DNA of 64,000 nucleotides from Rhodobiaceae bacterium (GTDB lineage: Bacteria; Pseudomonadota; Alphaproteobacteria; Puniceispirillales; Puniceispirillaceae): positions 7,750-71,749 of the forward strand of contig JAYQDX010000001.1 in assembly GCA_038138545.1 (NCBI GenBank), given 5' to 3'. The position numbers and the translations under genes were made by a program. This document shows positions 8,977 to 18,917 of this stretch, one piece after another. How positions within the stretch are numbered: the stretch's first letter is position 1; each line of letters begins with the position of its first letter. The notes under the pieces were generated by a model, which made no database searches, was not told the DNA's origin, and saw nothing but the letters and a program-made list of their open reading frames with translations.

Positions 8977-9627
8977 ATGATGATGAAGAGTTTTGGGACG
9001 TTGAGCGGTCATTTCAACGAGCCGGCGCGTGGCGGCGCGCCGTCGAGCCTGATCGTGATCATGCATGGCTGGGGTGCCGATGCCAGTGATCTGGCCGACC
9101 TTGCCTACCCGATGTCAGTGAGGTTCCCGGGCGCCGCGTTTTTCATCCCCAACGCGCCCGATCCCTGCTCGATGAATCCGATGGGCAGGCAATGGTTCGA
9201 CCTTGCCGACACGACAGCTGGACCGGCCGCCGCCGCCGCGGTGATCGAGGAATCGGTGGCAGCGGCCATCACCGAACTCGGCCTTGGCATGACGGCGGTG
9301 GCGCTGACCGGGTTCTCGCAGGGCGGCATGATGAGCCTGCATTGTGGGCTTCACATGGCTGACCGGCCGCAGGCGGTTGTCAGTTTTTCCGGCGCGCTTC
9401 TTGGCGTCGGTGACATCGCCGGAATTGACGGCCGGCCTTCGGTCATGCTGATCCACGGCACGGATGATCAGGTGGTGCCCTTCACCATGATGGAGGCGGC
9501 CTCGACCATCCTGGCAACACACGGTATCGAGGCGACCTGCGTGGCGCGCCCGGGTCTTGGACATGGCATCGACCCGGACGCGCTGACCAAGGCGATCGAT
9601 TTCCTTGCCATGCATCTCCCGGGCTGA
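8977..9627 (+). CDS. Phospholipase/carboxylesterase (alpha/beta hydrolase)
   Basis: HGWG, GFSQGG nucleophile elbow, HG..D.VVP, GHGI; AGGAG RBS. Confidence 0.9.
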   Translation: MMMKSFGTLSGHFNEPARGGAPSSLIVIMHGWGADASDLADLAYPMSVRFPGAAFFIPNAPDPCSMNPMGRQWFDLADTTAGPAAAAAVIEESVAAAITELGLGMTAVALTGFSQGGMMSLHCGLHMADRPQAVVSFSGALLGVGDIAGIDGRPSVMLIHGTDDQVVPFTMMEAASTILATHGIEATCVARPGLGHGIDPDALTKAIDFLAMHLPG

Positions 9628-9664
9628 CGATTCTCCCGGCACGCTGTCACGCCGTCCGCAACAT

Positions 9665-9684
9665 GCCCGCAATATTTTGCGGGC
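9665..9684. terminator. Hairpin after the esterase gene
   Basis: GCCCGCAA-tatt-TTGCGGGC. Confidence 0.4.
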
Positions 9685-9779
9685 TCTGTGTCGCAGTGCC
9701 CAATATATGGTGTAAGGCTTGTGTTTCCCGCGCTGGCATGTTTTGCTGATGAGGGTGTTGGTCAAACCACACGGGGAAC

Positions 9780-10343
9780 ATGATGAACGCAGGCAGTTAC
9801 GCACCGGCCCTTGTCCTGAACGCAGATTTCCGCCCGCTCAACTACTTTCCACTGTCACTCTGGTCCTGGCAGGACGCGGTGAAGGCGGTATGTCTGGATC
9901 GGGTGACGATCGTCAGCGAATATGATGTTTCGATCAGCTCGCCCTCGATGGAGATGAAGCTGCCATCGGTGATCGCGCTGAAGGAATATGTCCCGCAGAT
10001 GCGCAATCCCGCCTTTACCCGCTTCAACGTGTTCCTTCGCGACAGGTTCACCTGCCAGTATTGCGGCACCGGCCATGCGGCAGCCGACCTGACCTTTGAC
10101 CACGTCGTGCCGCGCTCGCGCGGCGGGCGCACGACCTGGACAAATGTCGTCGCCGCCTGCAGCCCCTGCAATCTTCGCAAGGCCAATCTGCTTCCCGAAC
10201 AATGCGGAATGTCGCCACTGGCAAGGCCGATGGCGCCCAATATCTGGCAGTTGCAGGAAAATGGCCGTGGGTTCCCGCCAAACTATCTTCATGAATCCTG
10301 GCGGGATTACCTGTATTGGGATACCGAACTGCAGCAGACCTGA
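9780..10343 (+). CDS. HNH endonuclease (conserved alphaproteobacterial type)
   Basis: LVLNAD, FTRFNVFLRD.F.CQYCG, TFDHVVPRSRGG, NVVAACSPCN. Confidence 0.92.
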   Translation: MMNAGSYAPALVLNADFRPLNYFPLSLWSWQDAVKAVCLDRVTIVSEYDVSISSPSMEMKLPSVIALKEYVPQMRNPAFTRFNVFLRDRFTCQYCGTGHAAADLTFDHVVPRSRGGRTTWTNVVAACSPCNLRKANLLPEQCGMSPLARPMAPNIWQLQENGRGFPPNYLHESWRDYLYWDTELQQT

Positions 10344-10358
10344 CAGGCGGCCTGCCGG

Positions 10359-10895
10359 TCAGACGCGCTCCGCGATCCTGATGGCGGTGCGGCATCCCTG
10401 CTGGATCACCGCCTTCAGCGCGGCATAGAACATCGCCTCGCGGCCACGGTGATCGACCGCGATATCGCGATGTTCCAGCTCATCGTCGCGGAATTTCGAA
10501 ATGGTGCCGCGAAGCGCCGCCTCCTCATCCCCAAGATGGTCGGCCTGTTTGGCATAATGCTCGCCGATAACCTCCTCGACGGCGATGGTACAGGCCATGG
10601 CGGCTTTCGGCCCCATGGCGGCCGTCACCGCGCCAAGCGCGAAGCCGGCCGCACCCCAGACCGGGTCGAGAAGCGAGGGCCGTACACGGCGCTCGTTGAG
10701 CAGTGATTCGAAGGCCTCAAGATGCTCGACTTCCTGTTCCATCATATGCTGGATCTGCGGGCCGGTGGCGTGGTTGCGCAGAATGGCAAGCTGACCGCGA
10801 TAGATCTGCTGCGCCGCCCGCTCGCCGGCATGGTCGACGCGCAGGAAGCGTTCGATGTCGCGCCGCCCGGCAGAAGGTCTGGAAAGCTCTGTCAT
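10359..10895 (-). CDS. coq7: Demethoxyubiquinone hydroxylase (Coq7, di-iron)
   Basis: RVDHAGE, EVEH, AMACTIAVEEVI..HY, DELEH. Confidence 0.92.
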   Translation of the reverse strand: MTELSRPSAGRRDIERFLRVDHAGERAAQQIYRGQLAILRNHATGPQIQHMMEQEVEHLEAFESLLNERRVRPSLLDPVWGAAGFALGAVTAAMGPKAAMACTIAVEEVIGEHYAKQADHLGDEEAALRGTISKFRDDELEHRDIAVDHRGREAMFYAALKAVIQQGCRTAIRIAERV

Positions 10896-11434
10896 GTCTG
10901 TCTCGCTATGCGTCCGCCGAAAATGAAAGCCAGTATCGCCACAGCCGTGATATCAAGGCTGAACAACGCGTTCCAGCCTGCCATCGAAAGGCCGAACAGG
11001 GACCATGGCACGTCGTCGCAGCGCACAACCGGCGTTGCCAGCAACTGGTCGACAAGGTCCGCTGTGGAGGCACCCGCCCCGAGATTCGCCGTGCAGCCAG
11101 CCGGCCCGTCCCACAGCGCCCATTCCACGCCGGCGTGATACCCGGCGACGCCGAAGCTTGCCAGCGCGGCGGCGGCGACCAGAAGCAAGCCGGTCCGCTC
11201 CGGCAGCAGCACCAGCCCGGCAAGCGCCGCGCCGATCACCCCGACATGCGCCCAGCGTTGCCAGATGCACAGGCTGCAGGGTGCCATGCCGCCGATATAT
11301 TCGAACAGGAACGCCGCGATCAGAAGCGCGGCTGACATCGCGGCGCAGATGATCAAGCCATGCCGCGGTGCCAGGATCACCGACAGTTCGGCGCGAAGCG
11401 ATGGTCGCGGCGGCGGTGTCAATGGATCAGCCAC
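10892..11434 (-). CDS. dsbB: Disulfide bond formation protein B
   Basis: PCSLCIWQR, YHAGVEW, GP..C...VRCD second Cys pair, GLSMAGWN. Confidence 0.9.
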   Translation of the reverse strand: MADPLTPPPRPSLRAELSVILAPRHGLIICAAMSAALLIAAFLFEYIGGMAPCSLCIWQRWAHVGVIGAALAGLVLLPERTGLLLVAAAALASFGVAGYHAGVEWALWDGPAGCTANLGAGASTADLVDQLLATPVVRCDDVPWSLFGLSMAGWNALFSLDITAVAILAFIFGGRIARQT

Positions 11435-12000
11435 AGGGCACCCCCGATCAGGAAGACAAGCGCACTCAGCAATGTCATGACGATGCGGGCGTCACCATGA
11501 TGGCGGGCGATTCCGGCGATGATGGCGAACCGCAAGCCGCGCCCGACAAGCGAGGTGGCCAGAAACGGGAGCAGTGCAAAGCCGGCGATGCCGGCGCTGA
11601 CGGCGATCACCTTGTAGGGAAGCGGTGTGAAGGCACCGATGAAGACCAGAATGATGCCGAAGGTGACAAAACCCTGCTGGACGGCGGCGAATTTCCCGGG
11701 CGCCGCGATGACATGCGGCAGCATCGCGAGGAGCTGTTCAATGCCGACGCCCAGCACCGCGCCAAGCGCCCAGCCAAGCCCGCCACCGACCACCGAGGCG
11801 ATCGTGCAGCCGGCCGTCAGCCGAAGCCATGCCGCCGGCCGCGCCAGCACCGTCGCGACCAGAATCGGGTCGACCGGGATCGGAATGATGATCGATTCAA
11901 GCACCGCGAACAGCCACATCAGCCGTTCCGCCAATGCTGTGCCGGCGATGCGGATCACGCGGTCATACTGGTCTCTGCAATATCGCCAGAGCGATGTCAT
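11419..12000 (-). CDS. YqaA/DedA (VTT domain) membrane protein
   Basis: ESIIIPIPVD, ASVVGG..GW, FTPLPYKV, GRGLRF; the ORF-track start 12159 runs through the tRNA, so ATG 12000 is used. Confidence 0.85.
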   Translation of the reverse strand: MTSLWRYCRDQYDRVIRIAGTALAERLMWLFAVLESIIIPIPVDPILVATVLARPAAWLRLTAGCTIASVVGGGLGWALGAVLGVGIEQLLAMLPHVIAAPGKFAAVQQGFVTFGIILVFIGAFTPLPYKVIAVSAGIAGFALLPFLATSLVGRGLRFAIIAGIARHHGDARIVMTLLSALVFLIGGALWLIH

Positions 12001-12029
12001 CGAATGCCTCGAGACGAAAACAGGGGTGA

Positions 12030-12116
<87 letters not shown>

Positions 12117-12130
12117 CTGATCCTTGAACG

Positions 12131-12159
12131 GTACTAGCCGACACCCCCGTCAGTGGCAA
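12131..12159 (-). promoter_or_regulatory. Putative tRNA promoter overlapping the chaC 3' end
   Basis: TTGCCA-N17-TAGTAC; the TAG is the chaC stop codon. Confidence 0.5.
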
Positions 12160-12832
12160 GTCTCCGCTTTACATGACGCGTCAGATTTTCCAGATGCGGA
12201 TCGGAAATGCCGTTCTCCTGCAAGGCCGTGACCGTATCGAACAGATACTCGCGGCAGGGTCCGATAAAGCCGCTGGCGGCGGCGATCACGCCGGCCTCAT
12301 CCTCGATTGGCATGCGGGCCGCGTAATTCGGACGGTCCGGCCTGGCCACAAAGCCGATGCCGCGTTTCTGGCCCTGCGGGGTGTGCAGGGTCAGCCAGCG
12401 GGCGCGATAGGCCATGGTGATCATCTCGCGGCGCCACAAGAGATCCAGCTCCTCGATCGCGGTTCTCGGATTCAATCGGAAGCCGACGCCGGCACAGCTG
12501 CCGCCACGGTCAAGCGCCAGCACCAGCCCCGGGCATTCCGGCGAGCCGCGTCCAAGCCGCGTCCACAGGCAGAAACGCCGGTGATTGCCAAAGATGCGGG
12601 CCTGCGCCTGTTCGACGTAATCGACCACAGGATTGAAGATCAGGCTGCCATAGCCGAAAATCCAGATATCCGAGCAATCGGCATTGTCAGGCACAAGCCG
12701 ACGCCGCGAGGCGTAAAGCTGTTCTTCCGAGGCAATGTCGACAGCGCCGTCATTGCGCTCGGTGGCCATCTTCATGATGGTGCCGGAAGCCAGACTTTCA
12801 CGCGTTACCTTCAGGATCGGCTCATGCGTCAT
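12134..12832 (-). CDS. chaC: ChaC-like glutathione-specific gamma-glutamylcyclotransferase
   Basis: WIFGYGSLIF, RRFC...RGSPECPGLVLAL, LWRRE, GPCREYL. Confidence 0.9.
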   Translation of the reverse strand: MTHEPILKVTRESLASGTIMKMATERNDGAVDIASEEQLYASRRRLVPDNADCSDIWIFGYGSLIFNPVVDYVEQAQARIFGNHRRFCLWTRLGRGSPECPGLVLALDRGGSCAGVGFRLNPRTAIEELDLLWRREMITMAYRARWLTLHTPQGQKRGIGFVARPDRPNYAARMPIEDEAGVIAAASGFIGPCREYLFDTVTALQENGISDPHLENLTRHVKRRLATDGGVG

Positions 12833-13713
12833 CGGTCCTCGTCACCCCCGGCCGCCGCAGGACCGCCGCCAACATGGCGAACAACCCGCTGCGGGAAGGG
12901 AATATCGATGCCGCGCGCATCGAGAACACCTTTCAGGTTGCGGTTCAGGTCCCAGAAAAGATTGAAGAAATCGTCATATTCGGCATAGGCGCGAAGCCGT
13001 ACATTGATGGCGCTGTCACCATAGCTGACGACAAGGAACCGCGGTGCCGGATCGGCCAGCACGCGGGAATCGGCGGCAAGTTCCATCATCGCCGCCTCGA
13101 CATCGTCAAGGTTGCTCTCATAGCTGACGCCGATATCAAGATCGAGCCGCCGTGTTCCATATTTGGCATGGTTGATGATGTTCGATGTCCAGATGGCCGA
13201 ATTCGGCACGCTGATATAGACATTGTCGAAGGTGTCGATGATGGTGGTGAAGAGGCCGATTTCACGCACCGAACCCGAAACACCCGCCGCCTCGACCCAG
13301 TCACCGATCTTGAACGGCCGCAGGAACAGCAGCATAAGCCCGGCGGCGACATTCGACAGGGTGCCCTGCAGCGCCAGGCCGATGGCAAGGCCGGCGGCAC
13401 CGAGAACGGCGATGATCGATGTCGTCTCGACGCCGAAATTGCCAAGCGTGACGACAACTGTCAGCGTCAGGATCGCGTAGCGGACAAGCGCTGCGAGGAT
13501 GGGGGCGAGCGTCCGGTCAATCCGGTCCGAGCGGGTCAGCCAGTCGCGCACCACCTTGCTGGCCCGCCGGGATGCCCAGACACCGATGATGATGGTGATC
13601 AGCGCGGCCAGAAAATTCAGCCCATATTCGGTCGCCAGGGTCAGCGTCTGGTCGGTCAACAGGTGCGACAGGCCAAGTTCATCCGAAATGGTGCTGAGGG
13701 ATATTTCGTTCAT
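12829..13713 (-). CDS. mscS: Small-conductance mechanosensitive channel
   Basis: GAAGLAIGLALQGTLSN.AAG, RPFKIGD, IPFPQR; start trimmed to ATG 13713. Confidence 0.92.
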   Translation of the reverse strand: MNEISLSTISDELGLSHLLTDQTLTLATEYGLNFLAALITIIIGVWASRRASKVVRDWLTRSDRIDRTLAPILAALVRYAILTLTVVVTLGNFGVETTSIIAVLGAAGLAIGLALQGTLSNVAAGLMLLFLRPFKIGDWVEAAGVSGSVREIGLFTTIIDTFDNVYISVPNSAIWTSNIINHAKYGTRRLDLDIGVSYESNLDDVEAAMMELAADSRVLADPAPRFLVVSYGDSAINVRLRAYAEYDDFFNLFWDLNRNLKGVLDARGIDIPFPQRVVRHVGGGPAAAGGDEDR

Positions 13714-13971
13714 GCCGCGACCCTGAAATGGTGAAATGAGAGGCCCCGGACCGGGTACCCGGCGGCCGCGCCCGATGCGTGGTCGAGGCGACGCTGGCCG
13801 TATTATAGACATCGGGCCGTCCGCCGCCAACCTTTGCCGCGGTCGATGTGGCAATTCGCCGGGCGGAGTCTTCGAGGGTCCCCGGCCGCATAGTCCCGGC
13901 CGCGCGGTCATGGAAATAAAGCGCTTTCCAGCGTTGATATTCGGACAGGTTGCACGATATAGTGCCGCGCC

Positions 13972-14955
13972 ATGGATTCCAGCCAGAAAAACAAATGCGA
14001 GACGATCGACTGGTGCGTCGGCGAGGCGCCGCTGACCGGACCGGCTCTGGTCGCCGCGATCGGCAATTTCGACGGTGTCCATCGCGGGCATGCCCAGGTG
14101 ATCTCGGCCGCCATTGATGCGGCGCGCGCCGAGGGGCTTGCCGCGGCGGTGGTAACCTTTGATCCGCACCCGCGCGAGTTCTTCCGTCACGATGACGCCC
14201 CGTTCCACCTTGCCGACCGGCAGGAAAAGGACCGGCTGATCGCCGCCCTCGGGGTCGACCGGATCATCCATGTCAGGTTCGATGACAATCTGCGCCGCAC
14301 CGATGCAGAGAGTTTTGTCACCTCGGTGCTGCCGGCGCTTGGCGTGAAGGCGCTGTTTGCCGGGGCGGATTTCGCCTTTGGCCGCGGGCGTGGCGGGGAT
14401 ATCGACACCATCAATAGCATCGGCAGCGGGATCGGCATCAGCGCCACCGCGGTGACGCTGCTTGCGGATCCGAACAGCGCGGTGATCACCTCAAGCCGCG
14501 TGCGCGCCGCCCTGCAGGATGGCGAGCCCGAGCGCGCTGCCGAAATGCTGGGCCATGACTGGGTGGTCACCGGCACGGTCCAGATGGGAGATCAGCGCGG
14601 GCGGACCATCGGCTTTCCAACCGCCAACATCCCGCTTGGCAATCTTCTGCATCCGGCCTTTGGTGTCTATGCCGTGCAGATCTTCGAGGCCGATGCCGGC
14701 CAGCCCTACAGGTTGCTTGGCAATGGTGTGGCGAATATCGGCGTGCGGCCGACGGTCGAGGATCGGGGCGTTCTGTGCGAGGCGCACCTGTTCGACCAGC
14801 AGCCCGACCTCTATGGGCGGCGGCTCGCCATCGGGTTGAAGTCCTTCATTCGCCCGGAGCGCAAATTCACCGGCATTGACGAACTGACGGCGCAGATTGC
14901 GAAGGATGCGCGCACGGCACGCGCGCTTCTGCCCCCGATCAAACAGACTGCCTGA
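13972..14955 (+). CDS. ribF: Riboflavin kinase / FAD synthetase
   Basis: GNFDGVHRGH, TFDPHP, SSRVR, GRTIGFPTAN, EAHLFD. Confidence 0.96.
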   Translation: MDSSQKNKCETIDWCVGEAPLTGPALVAAIGNFDGVHRGHAQVISAAIDAARAEGLAAAVVTFDPHPREFFRHDDAPFHLADRQEKDRLIAALGVDRIIHVRFDDNLRRTDAESFVTSVLPALGVKALFAGADFAFGRGRGGDIDTINSIGSGIGISATAVTLLADPNSAVITSSRVRAALQDGEPERAAEMLGHDWVVTGTVQMGDQRGRTIGFPTANIPLGNLLHPAFGVYAVQIFEADAGQPYRLLGNGVANIGVRPTVEDRGVLCEAHLFDQQPDLYGRRLAIGLKSFIRPERKFTGIDELTAQIAKDARTARALLPPIKQTA

Positions 14956-15018
14956 ATGAACAGGCCTGCTGGCGCCCGGCCTGCTGGCCAACAGGATTGA
15001 AAAGCGAGAGAGCTTGCG

Positions 15019-17814
15019 ATGAGTTACAAAGAGACGGTGTTTCTGCCGCAGACCGACTTTCCGATGCGTGGCGGGTTGCCGAAGAAGGAACCCGAAATCC
15101 TCGCGCAGTGGCAGGAGATGGATATCTATGCGCGGCTTCGCGAGGCCCGTGCCGATGCCGAGCTGTTCGTGCTTCATGACGGGCCGCCCTACGCCAACGG
15201 TCAGCTTCATATCGGTCACGCGCTGAACAAGATCCTCAAGGATGTGATCAACCGGTCGCAATCGATGCTTGGCAAGAACGCCAACTATGTGCCGGGCTGG
15301 GATTGCCACGGCCTGCCGATCGAATGGAAGATCGAGGAGCAATACCGCAAGAAGGGCAAGGACAAGGACGAGGTGCCGGTGCGGGAATTCCGCCAGGAAT
15401 GCCGCGACTTCGCCGCCCACTGGCTGGCGGTGCAGTCCGAGGAGTTCCAGCGTCTGGGCGTGCTTGGCGACTGGAAGGAGCCCTACACCACGATGGCCTA
15501 TGAGGCCGAGGCGACAATCGCCGCCGAGCTTGGCCGCCTGCTGATGGATGGCAGCCTGTATCGCGGTGCCAAGCCGGTGATGTGGTCGCCGGTCGAGAAG
15601 ACGGCACTTGCCGAGGCCGAGATCGAGTATCAGGATCACACATCGGTTACCATCTATGCGCGGTTCCCGGTGAAGACGCCGAGCCATCCGGCGCTGGACG
15701 GGGCGAACATCGTCATCTGGACGACGACGCCATGGACAATGCCCGGCAACCGGGCGATGGCCTGCGGTGCCGATATCGACTATTCGGTGCTGCGTATCAC
15801 CGCGCGTGAAGACGGTGCGCTGGCGAGCGAAGGCGATGTGATCTGCCTTGCGAGCGACCTGGTGGCCGAGGTGACAGCCGCCACCGGCATCACCGGAACC
15901 GAAACGCTGGCAACGCTGAAAGGCACTGATATCGAGGGCACGGTGTCGCGCCATCCGATGCATGATCAGGGGTATGATCATGATGTGCCGATGCTGCTGG
16001 CCGATTACGTCACCACCGAGCAGGGCACCGGGTTCGTCCATATCGCCCCCGGCCATGGTGTCGAGGATTACGAGCTTGCGCATCTGGAGCATGGCATTCC
16101 GCTTCCCGACACGGTGGCCGAGGATGGCAGGCTGATGGATCATCTGCCGCTCTTCGCGGGGCTTCATGTGCTGCGCGACAATGCCCAAATCGCCGAGATC
16201 ATGGCTGAGCATGGCGGGCTGATCGGCATCGGCAAGCTTGTCCATTCCTATCCGCATTCCTGGCGCTCCAAGGCACCGCTTGTCTATCGCAACACGTCGC
16301 AGTGGTTTGTCTCGATGGAATCGCATGGCCTTCGCGACACCGCGGTTGCCGAGCTTGGCCGGACGGCCTTCTATCCGCCGGCCGGCCAGCGGCGCCTGAC
16401 CTCGATGATCGAGCAGCGCCCGGACTGGTGCCTGTCGCGCCAGCGCGCCTGGGGCGTGCCGATCACCGTCTTCGTCAACAAGGCGAGCGGCGAGCCGCTT
16501 CGCGACCAGGCGGTGATTGACCGCGTCGTGACCGCGATGCGCGAGGAGGGCGCCGATTGCTGGTTCTCCTCCGAGGCGTCGCGTTTCCTTGGTGCCGATT
16601 ACAATCCGGATGATTACGAGAAGGTGATCGATATTCTCGATGTCTGGTTCGATTCCGGCTCGACGCATTCCTTTGTTCTCGAGGAGCGCAACGATCTGGT
16701 CAGCCCGGCCGATCTGTATCTTGAAGGCTCCGACCAGCATCGCGGCTGGTTCCATTCCTCGCTTCTGCAATCCTGCGCGACGCGTGGCAAGGCGCCCTAC
16801 AAGGGAGTGCTGACGCATGGCTTCGTCCTCGATGAGCAGGGCCGCAAGATGTCGAAATCGCTTGGCAATGTCGTCACGCCGCAAAAGGTCATGGACCAGA
16901 ACGGTGCCGATATCCTGCGCCTCTGGGTGGTCAGCTCGGACTATTACAATGATTTGCGGATCGGGCCGGAGATCATCAAGCGGACAACCGACAGCTATCG
17001 CCGGTTCCGCAACACGCTGCGTTATCTTCTTGGGGCGCTTGACGGGTTCACCGCCGCGGAGGCGGTAAGCCACGATCAGATGCCGGCGCTTGAGCGCTGG
17101 GTCCTGCACCGGCTGGCACAGATTGATGACCGCATTCGCGCGATGACCGACAGCTATGATTTCCACGGGATCTTCACCGAACTGCATACGCTGTGCAACA
17201 GCGATCTGTCAGCCTTCTATTTCGAGATTCGCAAGGATCGCCTCTATTGCGATGCGCTTGATTCGCTTGAGCGGCGTGCCTGCCGGACGGTGATGAACGA
17301 GGTGTTCGAACGTTTGACCGCCTGGCTGGCGCCAATCCTGTGCTTCACCGCCGAGGAAGCCTGGCAGTCGCGTGTTCAGGATTTCGGGAATTCGGTTCAT
17401 CTTCGCAGCTATGACCCGATCCCGGCGGCCTGGCGCGATGCGGGTCTCGGCGCGCGGTGGGACGGCATCAGACAGGTCCGGCAGGTGGTGACCAGCGCGC
17501 TGGAGACCGCACGCAATGACGGTGCCATCGGGGCTTCGCTGCAGGCGGCGCCGACGGTGCATGTCAGTGCCGAGCTGGCAGCCCTTTTCGATGGTGAGGA
17601 CGCGGCCAGCCTGTTCATCACCTCGGCGGCGGAGATCAGCAGCGACCCGGCGCCGGCCGGCGCCTTCCGGCTGGAGGGGGTCGAGGATGTGGCGGTCGCC
17701 TTTGCGACTGCCGAGGGCGGCAAATGCGCCCGCTGCTGGCGCATCATGCCCGAGGTCACGGAAAGCCGTGACATCTGCCAGCGCTGTGATGATGTGGTGA
17801 ATGCAGGAGCCTGA
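15019..17814 (+). CDS. ileS: Isoleucine--tRNA ligase
   Basis: HDGPPYANG.LHIGH, GWDCHGLP, WTTTPWT, KMSKS, C-terminal CARC..CQRC zinc finger. Confidence 0.98.
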   Translation: MSYKETVFLPQTDFPMRGGLPKKEPEILAQWQEMDIYARLREARADAELFVLHDGPPYANGQLHIGHALNKILKDVINRSQSMLGKNANYVPGWDCHGLPIEWKIEEQYRKKGKDKDEVPVREFRQECRDFAAHWLAVQSEEFQRLGVLGDWKEPYTTMAYEAEATIAAELGRLLMDGSLYRGAKPVMWSPVEKTALAEAEIEYQDHTSVTIYARFPVKTPSHPALDGANIVIWTTTPWTMPGNRAMACGADIDYSVLRITAREDGALASEGDVICLASDLVAEVTAATGITGTETLATLKGTDIEGTVSRHPMHDQGYDHDVPMLLADYVTTEQGTGFVHIAPGHGVEDYELAHLEHGIPLPDTVAEDGRLMDHLPLFAGLHVLRDNAQIAEIMAEHGGLIGIGKLVHSYPHSWRSKAPLVYRNTSQWFVSMESHGLRDTAVAELGRTAFYPPAGQRRLTSMIEQRPDWCLSRQRAWGVPITVFVNKASGEPLRDQAVIDRVVTAMREEGADCWFSSEASRFLGADYNPDDYEKVIDILDVWFDSGSTHSFVLEERNDLVSPADLYLEGSDQHRGWFHSSLLQSCATRGKAPYKGVLTHGFVLDEQGRKMSKSLGNVVTPQKVMDQNGADILRLWVVSSDYYNDLRIGPEIIKRTTDSYRRFRNTLRYLLGALDGFTAAEAVSHDQMPALERWVLHRLAQIDDRIRAMTDSYDFHGIFTELHTLCNSDLSAFYFEIRKDRLYCDALDSLERRACRTVMNEVFERLTAWLAPILCFTAEEAWQSRVQDFGNSVHLRSYDPIPAAWRDAGLGARWDGIRQVRQVVTSALETARNDGAIGASLQAAPTVHVSAELAALFDGEDAASLFITSAAEISSDPAPAGAFRLEGVEDVAVAFATAEGGKCARCWRIMPEVTESRDICQRCDDVVNAGA

Positions 17815-18301
17815 CGCCAAACCGCCGGCCACCGTGCGGCGCCTGATCCTGGGGATCGGCCTGGCGGTGCTGATCGCCGACCTGATGACCAAGCAATTCA
17901 TGCTTGGCTGGATCTTTGATCCGCCGCGGCGGGTTGAAGTTCTGCCATTCCTGAATTTCGCGCCGGTCTGGAATCCCGGAATCAGCTTTGGCTTGCTGGC
18001 CGATGCCGGCGGGGTGATGCCGATGCTGCTGACCGCGCTGGCTTTTGCCGTAGCGGCATGGATCGTCTGGAAGGCGCCTGCTTTTCGGCAGCTTGAACGG
18101 ATTGGCGGCGGCCTGATTGCCGGCGGCGCGGTCGGCAACGCGCTGGACCGCATCCGCTTTGGCAAGGTGGTTGATTTTATCGACGTTTATGTTCAAACAT
18201 GGCATTGGCCGGCGTTCAATATTGCCGACGCCGCGATTACCGTCGGGGCGTTCTTCTGGATCGTCAGCCTGTTTGTCGAGAAAGAGAATGGGCCGAGATG
18301 A
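17801..18301 (+). CDS. lspA: Lipoprotein signal peptidase
   Basis: NPGISFG, GGAVGNALDR, VVDFI, FNIADA. Confidence 0.96.
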   Translation: MQEPDAKPPATVRRLILGIGLAVLIADLMTKQFMLGWIFDPPRRVEVLPFLNFAPVWNPGISFGLLADAGGVMPMLLTALAFAVAAWIVWKAPAFRQLERIGGGLIAGGAVGNALDRIRFGKVVDFIDVYVQTWHWPAFNIADAAITVGAFFWIVSLFVEKENGPR

Positions 18302-18912
18302 CCTATTGGAATGATCCGATCCCGCATAGCGCAACCAGCCACCGGCAGCATCGCCGCCATGTTGGACGTGTCGCGATGACCTGCCTCCTGCTTGCCGGTT
18401 TCGGACTGGCCATCAGCGGTTGCTCCGGCTTCCGGAAAGCCATTGGCGAGGAAAAATCATCCCCTGACGAGTTCGAGGTTGTGGTGCGGCCGCCTTTGTC
18501 ACTGCCGCCGAACTTCTTCGCCAGTTCCACGCAACTGACCGAAAACGCGTCGGCGGCTCCGGTGGTTGCCTCTTCATCAGACAGCCCGATCGATGCGCGG
18601 TCTGTGGCGGCGACCACGCTTGGCGCAAGCGAAGGACAGGTGGCCGGCAGTTATGCGCAGATTTTCGATTTTTCGGCGGTGCCTGAAAATATCCGCGATA
18701 TTGTCGACGAGGAAACATACGGCATCCGGTTCGAGAGGCGGATCCCGCTGCAGATTCTGTTCGGCGGTCTTCCCGATATCGGGCCGGTGCTGGACAAATT
18801 CGCCGAGGATCAGCGTCTTCGCCAAACCTTGCGCGACGGTCAGTCCGCCACCCAGGGCGGCACGCCTGCCGTCGATCTTCTTGATGACGAGCCGGTCACG
18901 ATCGGCAACTAG
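18298..18912 (+). CDS. DUF3035-like lipoprotein
   Basis: Lipobox AISGC, SPDEF.V...PLSLPP.F; ATGA overlap with lspA. Confidence 0.75.
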   Translation: MTYWNDPIPHSATSHRQHRRHVGRVAMTCLLLAGFGLAISGCSGFRKAIGEEKSSPDEFEVVVRPPLSLPPNFFASSTQLTENASAAPVVASSSDSPIDARSVAATTLGASEGQVAGSYAQIFDFSAVPENIRDIVDEETYGIRFERRIPLQILFGGLPDIGPVLDKFAEDQRLRQTLRDGQSATQGGTPAVDLLDDEPVTIGN

Positions 18913-18917
18913 CCGCC

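Noticed and set aside
9780-10343. HNH nuclease as a defence or homing element
   Set aside because: Matches the widely conserved chromosomal HNH usually found near gluQ and the esterase in Alphaproteobacteria; no repeats, methylase, intron or partner genes nearby.
12829-14271. 480-aa extended MscS, and similar N-terminal extensions (yqaA, DUF374-like, purD, thrB, pmbA)
   Set aside because: The extensions overlap neighbouring genes, a tRNA or promoters and lack family features; ORF-caller artefacts.
14491-17187. 898-aa antisense ORF, and similar long ones (30830-32554, 26076-27563, 24339-25613, 44297-45343, 59206-60267)
   Set aside because: Antisense shadows of well-supported genes, expected from high-GC codon bias; no recognisable motifs.
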